Position numbers and translations under genes: made by a program | Part shown: positions 48,650 to 57,820 of the stretch, piece by piece | Layout of the letters: each line of letters opens with the position of its first letter | Position numbering within the stretch: position 1 is the stretch's first letter | NCBI GenBank assembly: GCA_045578385.1 | Contig: JAZNKD010000005.1 | Coordinates: 11,159 to 75,158, forward strand | Length of the DNA: 64,000 nt | Reading direction: 5' to 3' | Source: Eubacteriales bacterium | GTDB taxonomy: Bacteria; Bacillota; Clostridia; Oscillospirales; CAG-272 | The notes under the pieces: model-generated | Databases searched by the model: none | Told to the model about the DNA's origin: nothing | Seen by the model: only the letters and a program-made list of their open reading frames with translations

Positions 48650-48899
48650 ATTTTTTCTCTCATTCCATTTTGATATTATAATGTTATTCTAAGTGTCTAA
48701 ATAATAATTAATACATAGAATATAATAGTGGCAAGATTCGGTATATATGGTATCGCAGACAGCTGACAGATTTTATTTTTCGGTATGTTAAATACTCTTT
48801 TTTTAAAATCCGTCGAAAATGTAAGGACGTTTGAGAATTTATCGAGCCATCACTGTACCTTTTTCAATCGGGCGGATACTAACTCTGCCCGTAATGAAT

Positions 48900-49385
48900 T
48901 TATTTTTTTACCTCAATCAAAACCACAGCGTGAGCGCTAACACCTTCTTGTCTTCCGGTAAAACCCAAATGCTCCTCTGTTGTCGCTTTAACGTTTATGC
49001 GAGATTTTTCGCACGCGAGCGCAAATGCGATATTTTCACGCATCTTGTCAATATAAGGTGCAATTTTAGGACGTTGCATTATTAAAGTTGCATCAACGTT
49101 AACAATACTGCCACCCGCATCGGTTAAAAGCTTATTCACGCACGTCAAAAGATGAATACTGCTTATTCCCTTAAACTTATTATCTGTATCGGGAAAATGA
49201 TTTCCTATATCGCCTAATGCCAAAGCCCCCAGAATAGCATCCATAACAGCATGAAGAAGCACGTCGGCATCCGAATGACCTAAAAGCCCTAAAGTATGAG
49301 GAATTTCAACGCCCCCGAGAATAAGCTTTCTCTCCGGCACAAGCTTATGAACGTCGTAACCGTGACCTATTCTTAAATCTGACAT
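48900..49385 (-). CDS. ispF: 2-C-methyl-D-erythritol 2,4-cyclodiphosphate synthase
   Basis: Motifs present are [16 protein letters not shown] and LGDIG. Confidence 0.95.
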   Translation of the reverse strand: MSDLRIGHGYDVHKLVPERKLILGGVEIPHTLGLLGHSDADVLLHAVMDAILGALALGDIGNHFPDTDNKFKGISSIHLLTCVNKLLTDAGGSIVNVDATLIMQRPKIAPYIDKMRENIAFALACEKSRINVKATTEEHLGFTGRQEGVSAHAVVLIEVKK

Positions 49386-49386
49386 A

Positions 49387-50088
49387 TCATTTTTCTCCGC
49401 TTCGCTTTAATAAAATAAATTCCGCAAGCTCCAGATCGTAGCTTGTGGTTATTTTTATGTTTGTAGGTAAAGTTTTAACACAATATGGCTTAATCCCAAT
49501 ACTCTCCACTAACATATTATCGTCGGTTATCGTATCATCAAATGATTTTGCGTTTTCGAGTGCGGATTTATAAACGTTACGCTCAAATGCCTGAGGTGTA
49601 TGAACTGCTACGAGATTCCTTCTGTCAACCGTTTCTACTATTATTTCTCCCTCGCAACGCTTTACCGTATCGTTAATCGGTACAGAAGCTGTTGCCGCCT
49701 TATATTTGCAAGCCGCATCTGCAACACGGTCAATATCCTCTGACGTTATAAGGCAACGCGCGGCATCGTGTATCATAACGTATTCGGCGTTCCGCGAGAT
49801 AAAATAAAATCCGTTCGAAGCCGATTCAGCTCTGCAATTTCCACCGTTTACCACCCTAATCGGTTTGGTTATATTTTGTAATTCTTTGTTTACAAAATCT
49901 CGTTCTTCCTCACGGCAAACCACTACAATTTCAGAAATGCTTTTCGCTGCTTCAAAAGCTAAAACAGTATGTTTCAATATGCTTTTCCCGAGAATTTCTA
50001 TCATTTGCTTAGTTTTTTTGCAGCCCATTCTGCTTCCAATTCCTGCGGCAAGAATCACTGCAGCCGTTTTTTTATATTTCTTTTCCAT
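49387..50088 (-). CDS. ispD: 2-C-methyl-D-erythritol 4-phosphate cytidylyltransferase
   Basis: The product has [13 protein letters not shown] and a VHDAARC-like IHDAARC motif, and it sits directly upstream of ispF. Confidence 0.9.
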   Translation of the reverse strand: MEKKYKKTAAVILAAGIGSRMGCKKTKQMIEILGKSILKHTVLAFEAAKSISEIVVVCREEERDFVNKELQNITKPIRVVNGGNCRAESASNGFYFISRNAEYVMIHDAARCLITSEDIDRVADAACKYKAATASVPINDTVKRCEGEIIVETVDRRNLVAVHTPQAFERNVYKSALENAKSFDDTITDDNMLVESIGIKPYCVKTLPTNIKITTSYDLELAEFILLKRSGEK

Positions 50089-50090
50089 TT

Positions 50091-50429
50091 TTACTTCCTG
50101 TAATAAACAAAATGAACGGTAATTATACGTATTTTCCCATCTTCAAGCTTGTTTTTTCCCTTAATAATAACGCCGTTTCCGCTCATCAGATAATTTGCTT
50201 CAAGTTCAGAAACATCTGTAACAAACAAACGTTCTCCCGAAGAATCCACTATAAATTCATCACCCTTAAGGCACATAGCACCGCCGCGCCCTATTACGTC
50301 CTCGTTTCCTTCTCTGTGCTCGGTTACATATTTTACCGGTTGCCCATGCAACTCCCTGGCGCGTTCAAGTTTAAAAGCAAAGCTATCAACAGATTTGCTT
50401 TTTCCAAAAAGCTTTTTTAAAAAAGACAT
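50091..50429 (-). CDS. Hypothetical soluble protein (112 aa)
   Basis: The ORF is open and has a strong GGAGG 5 nt before ATG 50429 (MSFLKKLF). It is tightly packed, ending 2 nt before ispD. I recognise no family motif. Confidence 0.5.
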   Translation of the reverse strand: MSFLKKLFGKSKSVDSFAFKLERARELHGQPVKYVTEHREGNEDVIGRGGAMCLKGDEFIVDSSGERLFVTDVSELEANYLMSGNGVIIKGKNKLEDGKIRIITVHFVYYRK

Positions 50430-50612
50430 ATTTCCTCCATAAAGAAACCTTCTTAAATATTGTATCATAAAAAGCAAAAAAATGGAAGTCCTTTTCTCTA
50501 AAAAATAATTTTCGAACTGATTTCAGCATTATTTTGTTATAAACGTTGAATTTCGTCAAACTGCCGCACGTAAAAAACATTCCAATTTTTTCATTTTTTT
50601 GTAAAAAAAGTA

Positions 50613-50641
50613 TTGACATTTCCATATATATGTATTATAAT
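50613..50641 (+). promoter_or_regulatory. Consensus sigma-A promoter of the dcw (mraZ) operon
   Basis: The -35 is TTGACA (50613-18), followed by an exact 17-nt spacer and a -10 of TATAAT (50636-41). Confidence 0.7.
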
Positions 50642-50650
50642 ATACACAAA

Positions 50651-50676
50651 GTGGGGCGATATGGAGCAACGTGTAG
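50651..50676 (+). promoter_or_regulatory. Putative MraZ operator of three direct repeats with 10-bp phasing
   Basis: The hexamers are GTGGGG (50651-56), ATGGAG (50661-66) and GTGTAG (50671-76). The first box reads AAAGTGGGG in context. Confidence 0.5.
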
Positions 50677-50753
50677 CAATTTCCCCACAAAACACCACGT
50701 TTGTGGAGCCAAAGGTTCAAAAATGTGAAAATTCATAAGAAAGGAGAGATTAA

Positions 50754-51176
50754 ATGTCATTCGTAGGTTCATTCCCGCATTCACTCGATGCAAAAAAACG
50801 AGTTTTCATACCTTCAAAATATCGCGAAGAGCTTGGTAATGAGTTCTACATTACGAAAAAGTTTGATCCTTACCTTTCTGTTTATACAGCTAAGGATTGG
50901 GAGGAGTATTCCGCAAAAATATCTGCACTTCCCGAAGCCGAGGCTTATCATCTCCAGGAATACATTCTCGGCTCTGCTCAGAAATGCACTCCGGACAGCA
51001 GCGGTAGAGTTATAATAGACGAAAAGCTTTTAAAGCACGCTTCCATAAATAAAAACGTTGTTTTCGTTGGTGCAGGAAAGCAAATAAAAATTTGGGCAGA
51101 AGAACTCTGGAGCGAACGTGAAAATAACCGTGATCTTGAAAACATCAAGAATCTTATGATAAAATACGGTCTCTGA
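50754..51176 (+). CDS. mraZ: Transcriptional regulator MraZ
   Basis: The first repeat is FVGSFPHSLDAKKRVFIPSKYRE and a second SpoVT-AbrB-like repeat follows (DSSGRVIIDEKL). Confidence 0.95.
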   Translation: MSFVGSFPHSLDAKKRVFIPSKYREELGNEFYITKKFDPYLSVYTAKDWEEYSAKISALPEAEAYHLQEYILGSAQKCTPDSSGRVIIDEKLLKHASINKNVVFVGAGKQIKIWAEELWSERENNRDLENIKNLMIKYGL

Positions 51177-51199
51177 TTTTAAAAGAAAGGAAGCTCGAT

Positions 51200-52144
51200 A
51201 TGTCATCTATTCCCTTTTCTCACGTATCAGTGCTCCTTTCAGAATGCATAGAAGCGCTTGATATTCGCGATGGATATACATACGTGGACTGCACTACCGG
51301 CGGTGGAGGTCACTCGCTTGAAATCGCTAAGCGGCTCGGACCGAATTCACGCCTTATATGCTTTGACAGAGATGAAAATGCAATTACAGCCGCTAAAGAG
51401 CGACTTAAGGATTACCTTGATAAAATAACGTTTGTAAACAAAAATTTTTCCGAGCTTGAAAATATTATTGAAGAGCAAGGCATCACCAACTTAGGTGGCG
51501 TTCTCGCTGATCTTGGATGCAGTTCATTCCAATTTGACTGCCCCGAAAGAGGCTTCAGCTATATGCATAACGCTAAGCTTGATATGAGAATGCAGATAGA
51601 CGCTCCGCTTTCGGCTTATAACGTAGTGAATGAATATTCTGAATCGGCACTCAGAAAAATCATTTACGACTATGGTGAAGAAAGATTTGCGCCGAGAATT
51701 GCAGCGGCAATATGCAAGGCTCGCGCGGACAAGCCTATCGAAACAACATTTGAGCTTACAGATATTATTAAAAGCGCCATTCCTGCTGCGGCAAGAGCAG
51801 ATGGGCCTCATCCTTCAAAAAGAACCTTCCAAGCTATTAGAATAGAAGTAAATTCCGAGCTTGATACGATACGCCCTATGATACAGAGTGCTGCAAAGCA
51901 TTTAGTTCCAAGCGGCAAAATAGTAATTATTTCTTTCCATTCTCTTGAGGACAGATTGGTAAAGCTTTCATACAAAGAGCTTTCCTCAGGCTGTACATGC
52001 CCCAGAGATTTCCCTATATGTGTATGCGGAAAGAAGCCTTTGGTCAGAGAAATCAATAAAAAACCGATTCTTCCATCGGAAGAAGAACTTATGAACAATT
52101 CACGCTCAAGAAGCGCAAAGCTTCGTGTAGCTGAAAAGATATAA
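51200..52144 (+). CDS. rsmH: 16S rRNA (cytosine1402-N4)-methyltransferase
   Basis: Motifs present are HVSVLLSECIEAL, DCTTGGGGHS, DLGCSS and SFHSLEDR. Confidence 0.95.
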   Translation: MSSIPFSHVSVLLSECIEALDIRDGYTYVDCTTGGGGHSLEIAKRLGPNSRLICFDRDENAITAAKERLKDYLDKITFVNKNFSELENIIEEQGITNLGGVLADLGCSSFQFDCPERGFSYMHNAKLDMRMQIDAPLSAYNVVNEYSESALRKIIYDYGEERFAPRIAAAICKARADKPIETTFELTDIIKSAIPAAARADGPHPSKRTFQAIRIEVNSELDTIRPMIQSAAKHLVPSGKIVIISFHSLEDRLVKLSYKELSSGCTCPRDFPICVCGKKPLVREINKKPILPSEEELMNNSRSRSAKLRVAEKI

Positions 52145-52169
52145 ATAGGAATAAAAGGAGAAAACGTGT

Positions 52170-52634
52170 ATGAACTCGACAATGTCATATGAAATGCTTT
52201 ACAACAATATGGTAAAGAAATTTACCATTGAAAAAGATAATAAAGATTACAACCTCGGCGATTTTATGCTTATGAAGGCAAAAGCAAAGAAAAATGCGAT
52301 GATTGCTTCAGCTGACGCAAAACTACCCGTTGTTCGCGATGGCAAAGCAAACGCTATAACTACAGTTTTCTCGTATGTAAACGATAAGCTTACGGTAAAG
52401 CAAGCTCCCGTTCGCAATAAAACTATTCGCTCATTTCCCTTCCGTACGTCTATTACAGCATTCTGCTCTGCTCTTGTAGTTTGCGCGCTTGCTGTTTCTT
52501 GCTGCTTCTTTGGTCTTTCAAAAACAGCTACAGGAAATGAGAATATAGTTACTGTTACAGAAAACGAAAACCTTCCCACCGAAACCGAAAATCAGGAAAC
52601 AGCAATGTATACTGCTGTTTTCAATAACAAATAA
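52170..52634 (+). CDS. Hypothetical single-pass membrane protein in the FtsL position
   Basis: An AAGGAG Shine-Dalgarno sequence precedes ATG 52170. The 154-aa product has one TM helix (ITAFCSALVVCALAVSCCFFGL) near residue 105 and a short acidic tail. I see no obvious coiled coil after the TM. Confidence 0.5.
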   Translation: MNSTMSYEMLYNNMVKKFTIEKDNKDYNLGDFMLMKAKAKKNAMIASADAKLPVVRDGKANAITTVFSYVNDKLTVKQAPVRNKTIRSFPFRTSITAFCSALVVCALAVSCCFFGLSKTATGNENIVTVTENENLPTETENQETAMYTAVFNNK

Positions 52635-52658
52635 GGACAAATTTTCATAAAAATAATT

Positions 52659-52711
52659 ACCCCGTAATATTATGTATTAAGGTATTTGACCGGTACATTT
52701 TATTACGGGGT
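52659..52711 (+). promoter_or_regulatory. Stem-loop with a U-run immediately before the class B PBP start codon
   Basis: An 11-bp stem, accccgtaata (52659-69) pairing with tattacggggt (52701-11), encloses a 31-nt loop and is followed by TTTT and ATG 52716. The only Shine-Dalgarno-like purines (GGGG, 52707-10) lie in the 3' arm. Confidence 0.45.
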
Positions 52712-52715
52712 TTTT

Positions 52716-54974
52716 ATGCATTTTTTAAATCAAGACAAGAAAAAAACTTTTTATGAAACGCGCAAAAGAATCATTATTACGTCTGTAGCCTTTGTTTTAT
52801 TTCTTATATTTCTTTTCTACAATCTTTTTTCCCTTCAATTTGTAAACTATTCGTACTATAAAGATAAAGTATACGATCAGATAACAACAAGCTCTGCACT
52901 TAAAGCAAAAAGAGGAAATATATACGATTCAAATATGAATCTTCTTGCCACCGAAAAAACGGTATGGCGAATTTTTGTTTCGTCAAGAGAAATCAAAAAG
53001 CGAGAAAAGAACGACAAAAAAGAATACAGCAAAATTATAAGCACGGGACTCTCGCAAATTTTATCGCTCGACTATGATACAGTTCTCAAAAAAATAAGCA
53101 ATTCAAACGTTCTTGATATCACTTTAAAAAAGAACGCAAATGAAACTGAATACGAAAAAATACTTAAATTCATAAACGAGGAATCTTTATCGGGAATGGT
53201 ACTTACCGAGGCTCAAACATCGAGATACTATCCCGAAAATGCGCTCGCCTCTCACGTTCTCGGATTTGTGGGAAGTGACCTTCAAGGTCTTTACGGATTA
53301 GAGTACTCTTATGATGATATTTTATCCGGAACCGACGGTTATTACCTATACGGTAAAGATGCGAACGGCAATTCACTTCCCAACGAATATGCCACTTACG
53401 TTCCGCCGACAGACGGTTACAGCCTTGTGACTACGTTAGATTCATATTTACAGAGCGAGCTTGAAAATCAGCTTGAAACAATAAGAATAAACCATTCGGT
53501 TCAAAACAGAGTTACAGGGATTGTTATGGACACGCGAAGCGGCGCAATATTAGCTATGGCTACCACTTCTCCCTTTAATCCGAATTCACCGTATGAGCTT
53601 GACGCATTATCGTATGCCAAGCTCACAAGCTCCGGATTTAGCGAAGATAGCGACGAATATAAGAGTTTAAAAAAAGAACTGCTCGAAGAAATGTGGGCAA
53701 ACAAAGCTGTTAGCGAAACCTATGAACCGGGTTCAACCTTTAAAATAGTTACCGTTTCGGCAGCGCTTGATTCAGGAACTTCAAAGGTCTCGGACACTTT
53801 TTCGTGCCATGGATATCTAAGCGTCGGCGGCTGGAATATAAGATGCCATAAAGCAGGAGGACACGGTTCTGGCTTTGATTTAGCTTACGGACTTCAGATG
53901 TCTTGCAACCCAACTATGATGACGATTGCCGAAAGATTGGGCGCAAAAAAATTTTATGAATATGTTGAAAAATTCGGATATTTTGAAAAAACCGGAATAG
54001 ACCTACCCAGCGAGGCCGGTACTATCTTTCACAAGCCCGAAAATATAGGAACGACAGAACTTGCCACTGCGTCTTTCGGTCAACGATTCAAAGTTTCAAT
54101 TATACGTCAGCTTACCTCTATTGCATCGGTAGCAAACGGTGGCACGCTCGTAACGCCCTACGTTGTTGAAAAGGTAGTGGATTCGCAAGGAAATATCATA
54201 AAAGAACACCAGTCGGATAATAATAAACAGGTTATTTCCAAAGAGGTAGCAGCTACTGTTTCGGATATTCTCGAAAAGGGCGTAAGTGGAAACGGCGGCG
54301 CAAAAAATGCAGGAGTTGACGGCTATAAAATCGCTGCGAAAACAGGTACTTCGCAGAAATTTGATATCCTTGACGAAAACGGCAATTCATATCTCAGAAT
54401 TGGCTCCACTGTAGCTTACTCTCTCTCAGACGACGGCGGTATTGCTATGATAATCGTTGTTGACGAGCCTACGTCAAGCGTTAAATACGGAAGCGTTGTT
54501 GCCGCACCATATATTTCATCATTTTTAACTAAAGCTCTTCCCTATCTTAACTATAAATCCGAAAAAGAAACCGCACATATAGCAATCAATAATTACGTTG
54601 GAAAAGAGGTCAGCGAAGCAAAAAAAGAGCTTCAAAATCTTGGTATCAAGTACGAAATCATCGGTTCCGGAAAAACGGTAATCAAGCAAACTCCCTCGGG
54701 AAACGATACTTTTATTTTGGAAAATTCAAAAATAATACTTTACACCGAGAAAGATAACGGACTATACGCAATAATTCCTAATATAGTAGGACTTGACGTA
54801 TCTGTTGCAAACAAAATTATTACAAATGCAAATTTGAATATTAAGATATCAAATCTTCCCTCCTCTACTATAGGCGGAGCAATAGTAAGCTCACAATCAA
54901 TCGTATACGGTACGGTCGTCCCCAAAAACACCGTCGTAGAAATTGAAATAATTTATCTTGATTTTGAGGATTAA
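52716..54974 (+). CDS. Class B penicillin-binding protein (FtsI/PBP2B/SpoVD type) with two PASTA domains
   Basis: An N-terminal TM helix and dimerisation domain are followed by STFK (SxxK), SCN (SxN) and KTGTS motifs and two C-terminal PASTA repeats. The start is taken at ATG 52716. The TTG at 52686 lies inside the hairpin loop. Confidence 0.9.
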   Translation: MHFLNQDKKKTFYETRKRIIITSVAFVLFLIFLFYNLFSLQFVNYSYYKDKVYDQITTSSALKAKRGNIYDSNMNLLATEKTVWRIFVSSREIKKREKNDKKEYSKIISTGLSQILSLDYDTVLKKISNSNVLDITLKKNANETEYEKILKFINEESLSGMVLTEAQTSRYYPENALASHVLGFVGSDLQGLYGLEYSYDDILSGTDGYYLYGKDANGNSLPNEYATYVPPTDGYSLVTTLDSYLQSELENQLETIRINHSVQNRVTGIVMDTRSGAILAMATTSPFNPNSPYELDALSYAKLTSSGFSEDSDEYKSLKKELLEEMWANKAVSETYEPGSTFKIVTVSAALDSGTSKVSDTFSCHGYLSVGGWNIRCHKAGGHGSGFDLAYGLQMSCNPTMMTIAERLGAKKFYEYVEKFGYFEKTGIDLPSEAGTIFHKPENIGTTELATASFGQRFKVSIIRQLTSIASVANGGTLVTPYVVEKVVDSQGNIIKEHQSDNNKQVISKEVAATVSDILEKGVSGNGGAKNAGVDGYKIAAKTGTSQKFDILDENGNSYLRIGSTVAYSLSDDGGIAMIIVVDEPTSSVKYGSVVAAPYISSFLTKALPYLNYKSEKETAHIAINNYVGKEVSEAKKELQNLGIKYEIIGSGKTVIKQTPSGNDTFILENSKIILYTEKDNGLYAIIPNIVGLDVSVANKIITNANLNIKISNLPSSTIGGAIVSSQSIVYGTVVPKNTVVEIEIIYLDFED

Positions 54975-54975
54975 A

Positions 54976-56442
54976 ATGAAAATAAAGCATTTAATACCGG
55001 AAGGCGAATTTACACAAAAAACACCTATTCCGGATTTAGAAATCCAAAGTTGCTCGTCAAATTACAAAAAAGTTTCCGGTAGAACTTTGCTTTTTTTACT
55101 CCCTGGAGTAAATTTTGACACCTACGAGCTTATCCCACAGTTTTTAAAGAGTAATGCCGTTGCTATAGTAACGGAAAACTTTTCAAAATTCCCGCCAAGC
55201 AAAATTCCGATTTTAGAAGTTAAATCAGCAAGGCGAGCATTTGCCTACGCTATGTCAAATCTTTCCGAAATAAATTATGATAAATTAACTTTTATTGGTG
55301 TTACCGGAACGAACGGCAAAACGACAACGGCAACTATGATACGAAAAATTTTAGAATACAATGAACAACGAGTTGGATTCATAGGAACAGGAAAAATAGA
55401 GTTTGAAGATATTCGATATACAGATAATTACTATTCAATGACTTCACCCGATCCTGATATTCTGTATCCCATAATAAAGGATATGGAACTCAGAGGGTGC
55501 GAAACTATAGTTATGGAAACCTCAAGTCATGCGCTTGAGCTGGAAAAGCTTTCACCCATAAAGTATAAAATAGGAATTTTCACAGGTCTTTCGCACGAGC
55601 ATCTGGAATTTCACGGAAGTATGGAAAAATATTTTGATGCCAAAGAAAAACTGATAAAGAATTGCGATATGGCAATAATAAACTTTGATGATCCATGGGG
55701 TAAGCGTTTATATGAAAAATATCAAAGCAAAGCAACAGGTATAGGCGTTGTTTGGAGAAGCGACGTAAGCGCCACAGAGGTAGAAAACTTTGGACTTTGC
55801 GGAATAGGCTACGTTTACAAAGGTAAGAATTTTATAACAAGAGTAAAGCTTCCTCTGCCGGGATTATATAATATCTACAATTCTATGCTCGCATTCGATA
55901 CGGCTTACAAACTAAGAATCTCTCCTAAAAATATAAAAACTGCGCTTGAAAGCATTAAAAGTATTGACGGCAGATGTGAATGTATTTTTGACGAAATCAC
56001 AGTTATAATAGACTATGCACATACACCATTAGCACTCAAAAACGTATTGAAAACTATAAATCTTGATAAAAATATCGGGCAGAATTTAATTTTAGTTTTC
56101 GGGTGCGGTGGCGAACGAGATCCTTCAAAGCGACCGCTGATGGCTAAAACCGCAGAAGAATACGCAGACAAAGTGATTATTACAAACGATAATCCGAGAT
56201 GCGAAAGCGAAGAAAAAATCATAAATGATATAAAATCCGGATTCACGCGAAAAAGCTACGCGGTAATAACAGACAGAGCTGAAGCGATATCGTACGCTAT
56301 AAAAAACGCTAAAGTCGGTGATATAGTTCTTATTGCCGGAAAGGGACACGAAAAATATATACAGGATAAAAACGGATACCGTTATTTTGACGAAAAAGCT
56401 ATAATTTATGATGCTTTGAAGCTCCGAAAAAGTGAGGAATAA
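54976..56442 (+). CDS. murE: UDP-N-acetylmuramoyl-L-alanyl-D-glutamate--2,6-diaminopimelate ligase
   Basis: The product carries GVTGTNGKTT and a DNPR motif (ITNDNPRCE), which is typical of meso-DAP-adding MurE. A GAGG lies 5 nt before ATG 54976. Confidence 0.95.
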   Translation: MKIKHLIPEGEFTQKTPIPDLEIQSCSSNYKKVSGRTLLFLLPGVNFDTYELIPQFLKSNAVAIVTENFSKFPPSKIPILEVKSARRAFAYAMSNLSEINYDKLTFIGVTGTNGKTTTATMIRKILEYNEQRVGFIGTGKIEFEDIRYTDNYYSMTSPDPDILYPIIKDMELRGCETIVMETSSHALELEKLSPIKYKIGIFTGLSHEHLEFHGSMEKYFDAKEKLIKNCDMAIINFDDPWGKRLYEKYQSKATGIGVVWRSDVSATEVENFGLCGIGYVYKGKNFITRVKLPLPGLYNIYNSMLAFDTAYKLRISPKNIKTALESIKSIDGRCECIFDEITVIIDYAHTPLALKNVLKTINLDKNIGQNLILVFGCGGERDPSKRPLMAKTAEEYADKVIITNDNPRCESEEKIINDIKSGFTRKSYAVITDRAEAISYAIKNAKVGDIVLIAGKGHEKYIQDKNGYRYFDEKAIIYDALKLRKSEE

Positions 56443-56443
56443 T

Positions 56444-57805
56444 ATGCGAATAAAGCTCGATTGTACTCTGACGTTTAATGAAATTTCGAATGCAATTATC
56501 CCCATAAAAGCAAATTTGATTTCTAAAGGTAAGATAGAATATATATCTACCGATTCACGAGAAATAAAACCGGGTGATTTGTTTTTTGCATTACAAGGAG
56601 AAAAATTTAACGGCGAAGATTTTATCATAGAGGCAAAAGGAAAAGGGGCGTATACCGTCAGTGCAAAATTTTACTCCGCAGATTTTTTTGTTAAAGACAC
56701 CTTAAGTGCATTAAATTCATTGGCACTGTTTTACAAGAAAAAATTATCTATCGTAAAAACGATTGCAATCACGGGAAGCGTCGGAAAAACAACAACGAAG
56801 GAATTGACACTGCAACTGCTTTCAAAAAAATACAAAACACACGGCACGTATAAAAATTATAACAACGAAATAGGTGTTCCGCTTACAGTCTTATCCGCAA
56901 AAAAAGATACTGAAATTTTAGTTATTGAGGCGGGTATGAATCATCTAGGTGAGCTTGAACGTATATCACGTTGCATTGAGCCTGATATTTCCGTAATAAC
57001 CAAAATCGGCACTTCGCATATAGGTAACCTCGGGAGCAAAGAAAATATCGCAAAGGCTAAAATGGAAATAGTTCTTGGAATGAAAAAAAAGTACGTTTTG
57101 ATTCCCAAAGACGAACCGTATCTTGCGGAATGTAAATTTTCAAAAACGGTTTCCTGTACGGATAAAAATGCTGATTTTTATCTTTCGGTTACAGATACTC
57201 GACATAATCATATTAGATTTAACTTCGAAGCAAAGTCGAATCAAGTCTGCGGCGCAATTATAAAAACGGATTTAGCGCATATCACAGAATGCCTTTCATT
57301 CGCGCTTGGAATCTGTTCATCTGTAGGAATGTCAAACGATGAACTATACTCTGCTATATTAGAGCTGAATTTTGAAAACAGCATAAAGAGTTACAAAATT
57401 GGGACCTTAACACTTATAGATGACTCATATAACTCTTCATTGGAATCTGTTGAAATGGCATTCAAAACACTTTGCAACCTCACAAACGGAAGCAAAAGTG
57501 CAGTTCTCGGAGATATACTTGAATTAGGCGAGGAAACCGAAGTATTGCATAGAAAAATAGGGGCTTTAGCAAAAAAGGCAGGAATCTCAAAGCTTTACAT
57601 TTTTGGGAGAAATGCAAAATTTATTAAGCTCGGTGCTATGGAAAGCGGTATGAAAGAAGATTGTATATTCATAAATGAAGATACGAATTCCCCCGAAATA
57701 ACAGCATTACAAATTATAAAAAATTCTTACAACGAAACTATAATATTTAAAGCATCGAGAAAAATGAAACTTGAAAGAATAATCGAAATTTTAAAGACAA
57801 AATAA
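56444..57805 (+). CDS. murF: UDP-N-acetylmuramoyl-tripeptide--D-alanyl-D-alanine ligase
   Basis: The product carries ITGSVGKTTTKE and a Mur ligase C-terminal domain. A GAGGAA precedes ATG 56444. Confidence 0.9.
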   Translation: MRIKLDCTLTFNEISNAIIPIKANLISKGKIEYISTDSREIKPGDLFFALQGEKFNGEDFIIEAKGKGAYTVSAKFYSADFFVKDTLSALNSLALFYKKKLSIVKTIAITGSVGKTTTKELTLQLLSKKYKTHGTYKNYNNEIGVPLTVLSAKKDTEILVIEAGMNHLGELERISRCIEPDISVITKIGTSHIGNLGSKENIAKAKMEIVLGMKKKYVLIPKDEPYLAECKFSKTVSCTDKNADFYLSVTDTRHNHIRFNFEAKSNQVCGAIIKTDLAHITECLSFALGICSSVGMSNDELYSAILELNFENSIKSYKIGTLTLIDDSYNSSLESVEMAFKTLCNLTNGSKSAVLGDILELGEETEVLHRKIGALAKKAGISKLYIFGRNAKFIKLGAMESGMKEDCIFINEDTNSPEITALQIIKNSYNETIIFKASRKMKLERIIEILKTK

Positions 57806-57820
57806 AGCGAGGCAACCAAA

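Noticed and set aside
48650-48899. A 250-bp spacer separates the co-oriented ispF and rpe genes, and I checked whether it hides a riboswitch or sRNA.
   Set aside because: I found only weak 4-5 bp stems and a plausible -10 (TATAAT) for rpe. There is no recognisable riboswitch core and no strong terminator, so nothing can be supported from sequence alone.
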